A DNA stretch of 64,000 nt from Octopus sinensis (Eukaryota), in assembly GCF_006345805.1 (NCBI RefSeq), contig NC_042998.1:197222001-197286000 (forward strand). Reading direction: 5' to 3'. This document shows, one piece after another, positions 62,432-64,000 of the stretch; position 1 is the first letter of the stretch, and every line of letters begins with the position of its first letter. Below the pieces are notes generated by a model. It was not told the origin of the DNA and did no database searches. It saw nothing but the letters and a program-made list of their open reading frames with translations. The translations under genes were made by a program, and so were the position numbers.

Positions 62432-63108
62432 GGAGTATACCGGTTCCGAGCCAGGTGTTGTTTCATGCTGAGGGAACAAACAGGGCCAAATCAGGAGTTT
62501 AGGAACGGTGATCAACCAATTCAAAGCCACAGTCATGCAGTCAGAGAAAAAAACAGAAAGAAGCACTATGTGACCATAAAACTGCTCTAATTCTTTAATT
62601 TTGTTGCATTAAAAAAAAAAAATTCTCTGGTTCTAATGTTAATCAAGGTAGTATTGTCTTATTTTACGAGTATTTGTGCTTTCTTTTTTGTAAAACTTTA
62701 ATAATATAACTGTTGTTGGTGCTGTGATGGTTATTTTTTCTCTTTAGTATCTCCAGTAAGCTTTACGCTAATAAGTAGCTCACAGATCCAGAAACCAGTT
62801 TACTCAGTATTATGCTAGAAGAAGCATAACTGCAACACTAATATCTTGTGTGATGTCCAGTATAAAAATGAGGGTATGTGTGGTGTATACTTACACGACT
62901 GATATGTTGTGTGGTGTACGGTATGTAAATTAGAAAAGGTATGCGGCATACGATGAAAAAGATGTCTTATTTTGTAGTTTGGATTAAAAATTTGTATAAG
63001 GTCGGGTGCTGTGTGATGCTCTAAACATTTAGTATTGAATACAAGATGGCAATCAAGATTATCTTGGATCAAAAGTGATAATCCCTGAAAGTAATACCTG
63101 TAATTAAG

Positions 63109-63167
63109 CAGGCGTTAGTAAAAACCTCTTGCAAAAGAAATGAAGCATACAGAAGAAAAAGTCACAG
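63109..63167 (+). CDS. Probable internal exon (1 nt short as assembled)
   Basis: taattaag|...CACAG|gtgtgtttaata; 59 nt; one extra A in the A5 run at 63120-63124 would give AGVSKKPLAKEMKHTEEKVT in phase 1-1. Confidence 0.5.
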
Positions 63168-63229
63168 GTGTGTTTAATATATGATTTACATACTTCTTAT
63201 TACAATGGAATGTATACAGCTTATATATA

Positions 63230-63451
63230 CTCTTACTCTCTTTACTCTTTTACTTGTTTCAGTCATTCGACTGTGGCCATGCTGGAGCACCGCCTATAGT
63301 CGAGCAAATCGACCCCTGGACTTATTCTTTGTAAGCCCAGTACTTATTCTATTGGTCTCTTTGGCCGAACCACTAAGTGACGGGGATGTAAACACACCAG
63401 CATCGGTTCTCAAGCAATGCCTGGGGGACAAACACAGACACACAAACACAT

Positions 63452-63498
<47 letters not shown>

Positions 63499-63670
63499 CA
63501 TACATATATACGACAGGCTTCTTTCAGTTTCTGTCTACCAAATCCACTCACAAGGCATTGGTCGGCCCGGGGCTATAGCAGAAGACACTTGCCCAAGATG
63601 CCACGCAGTGGGACTGAACCCGGAACCATGTGGTTGGTTAGCAAGCTACTTACCACACAGCCACTCCTAT
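63230..63670 (-). mobile_element. tRNA-derived SINE (family 3)
   Basis: Reverse complement of 62046-62431. Confidence 0.85.
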
Positions 63671-64000
63671 AAGTTTTATATATAATTTTGTATAATTTTC
63701 AATGATTAGAAATGTCTCAGCTTTATATTGCAATCATATCTATAGTGAAAACACAAAGTAGAGAAAATTATTGATAGATTAGAGACACAGCAGTAGAATC
63801 AGCACCAAAGCTCTTAACAGAAGAAAATCTGGTTGTTGTTGTGTAGCCCTTAGGCTAGCTCTAATCAGGTTGTCCTATAGCATGCAGGTAATTTACTGAT
63901 TCATGATCCACAGATCTATAACTTCCGTTATACCATGTCTCTTCCTAGATGAAGACTCTGACATACTATGATGAATAAAATGGTATGCAATGTGATAGTT

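Noticed and set aside
62748-62874. Candidate exon after strong acceptor ttttttctctttag
   Set aside because: Phase-1 frame hits TAG before any good donor and the composition is unlike the other exons; cannot exclude a terminal or dead exon

Overview
AT-rich, repeat-dense animal genomic DNA; the SINE/LINE families and (TA)n content suggest an octopus or other coleoid cephalopod (inference from repeat recognition, not verified). The whole window appears to lie inside one large + strand gene that the ORF track misses. I find 15 short AG...GT exons of 42-165 nt. Thirteen are exact multiples of 3, phase 1-1 and stop-free; two carry a frame-breaking indel. They encode a Glu/Lys/Gly/Val-rich low-complexity region organised like a titin PEVK exon array, and the first nine arose by tandem duplication of an intron-exon unit. 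Alternating with them are seven exon-like units whose donor position reads AT instead of GT in every copy. Introns hold RTE, CR1 and Penelope-like retroelements, a decayed Gypsy element, Tc1/mariner relics, four non-autonomous Helitrons, three SINE families and MITEs. They also hold perfect palindromes, hammerhead-ribozyme remnants and a 7-copy array of a highly self-complementary ~351-bp unit. The gene's start, end and identity lie outside the window. All coordinates were counted by hand; repeat boundaries are approximate.
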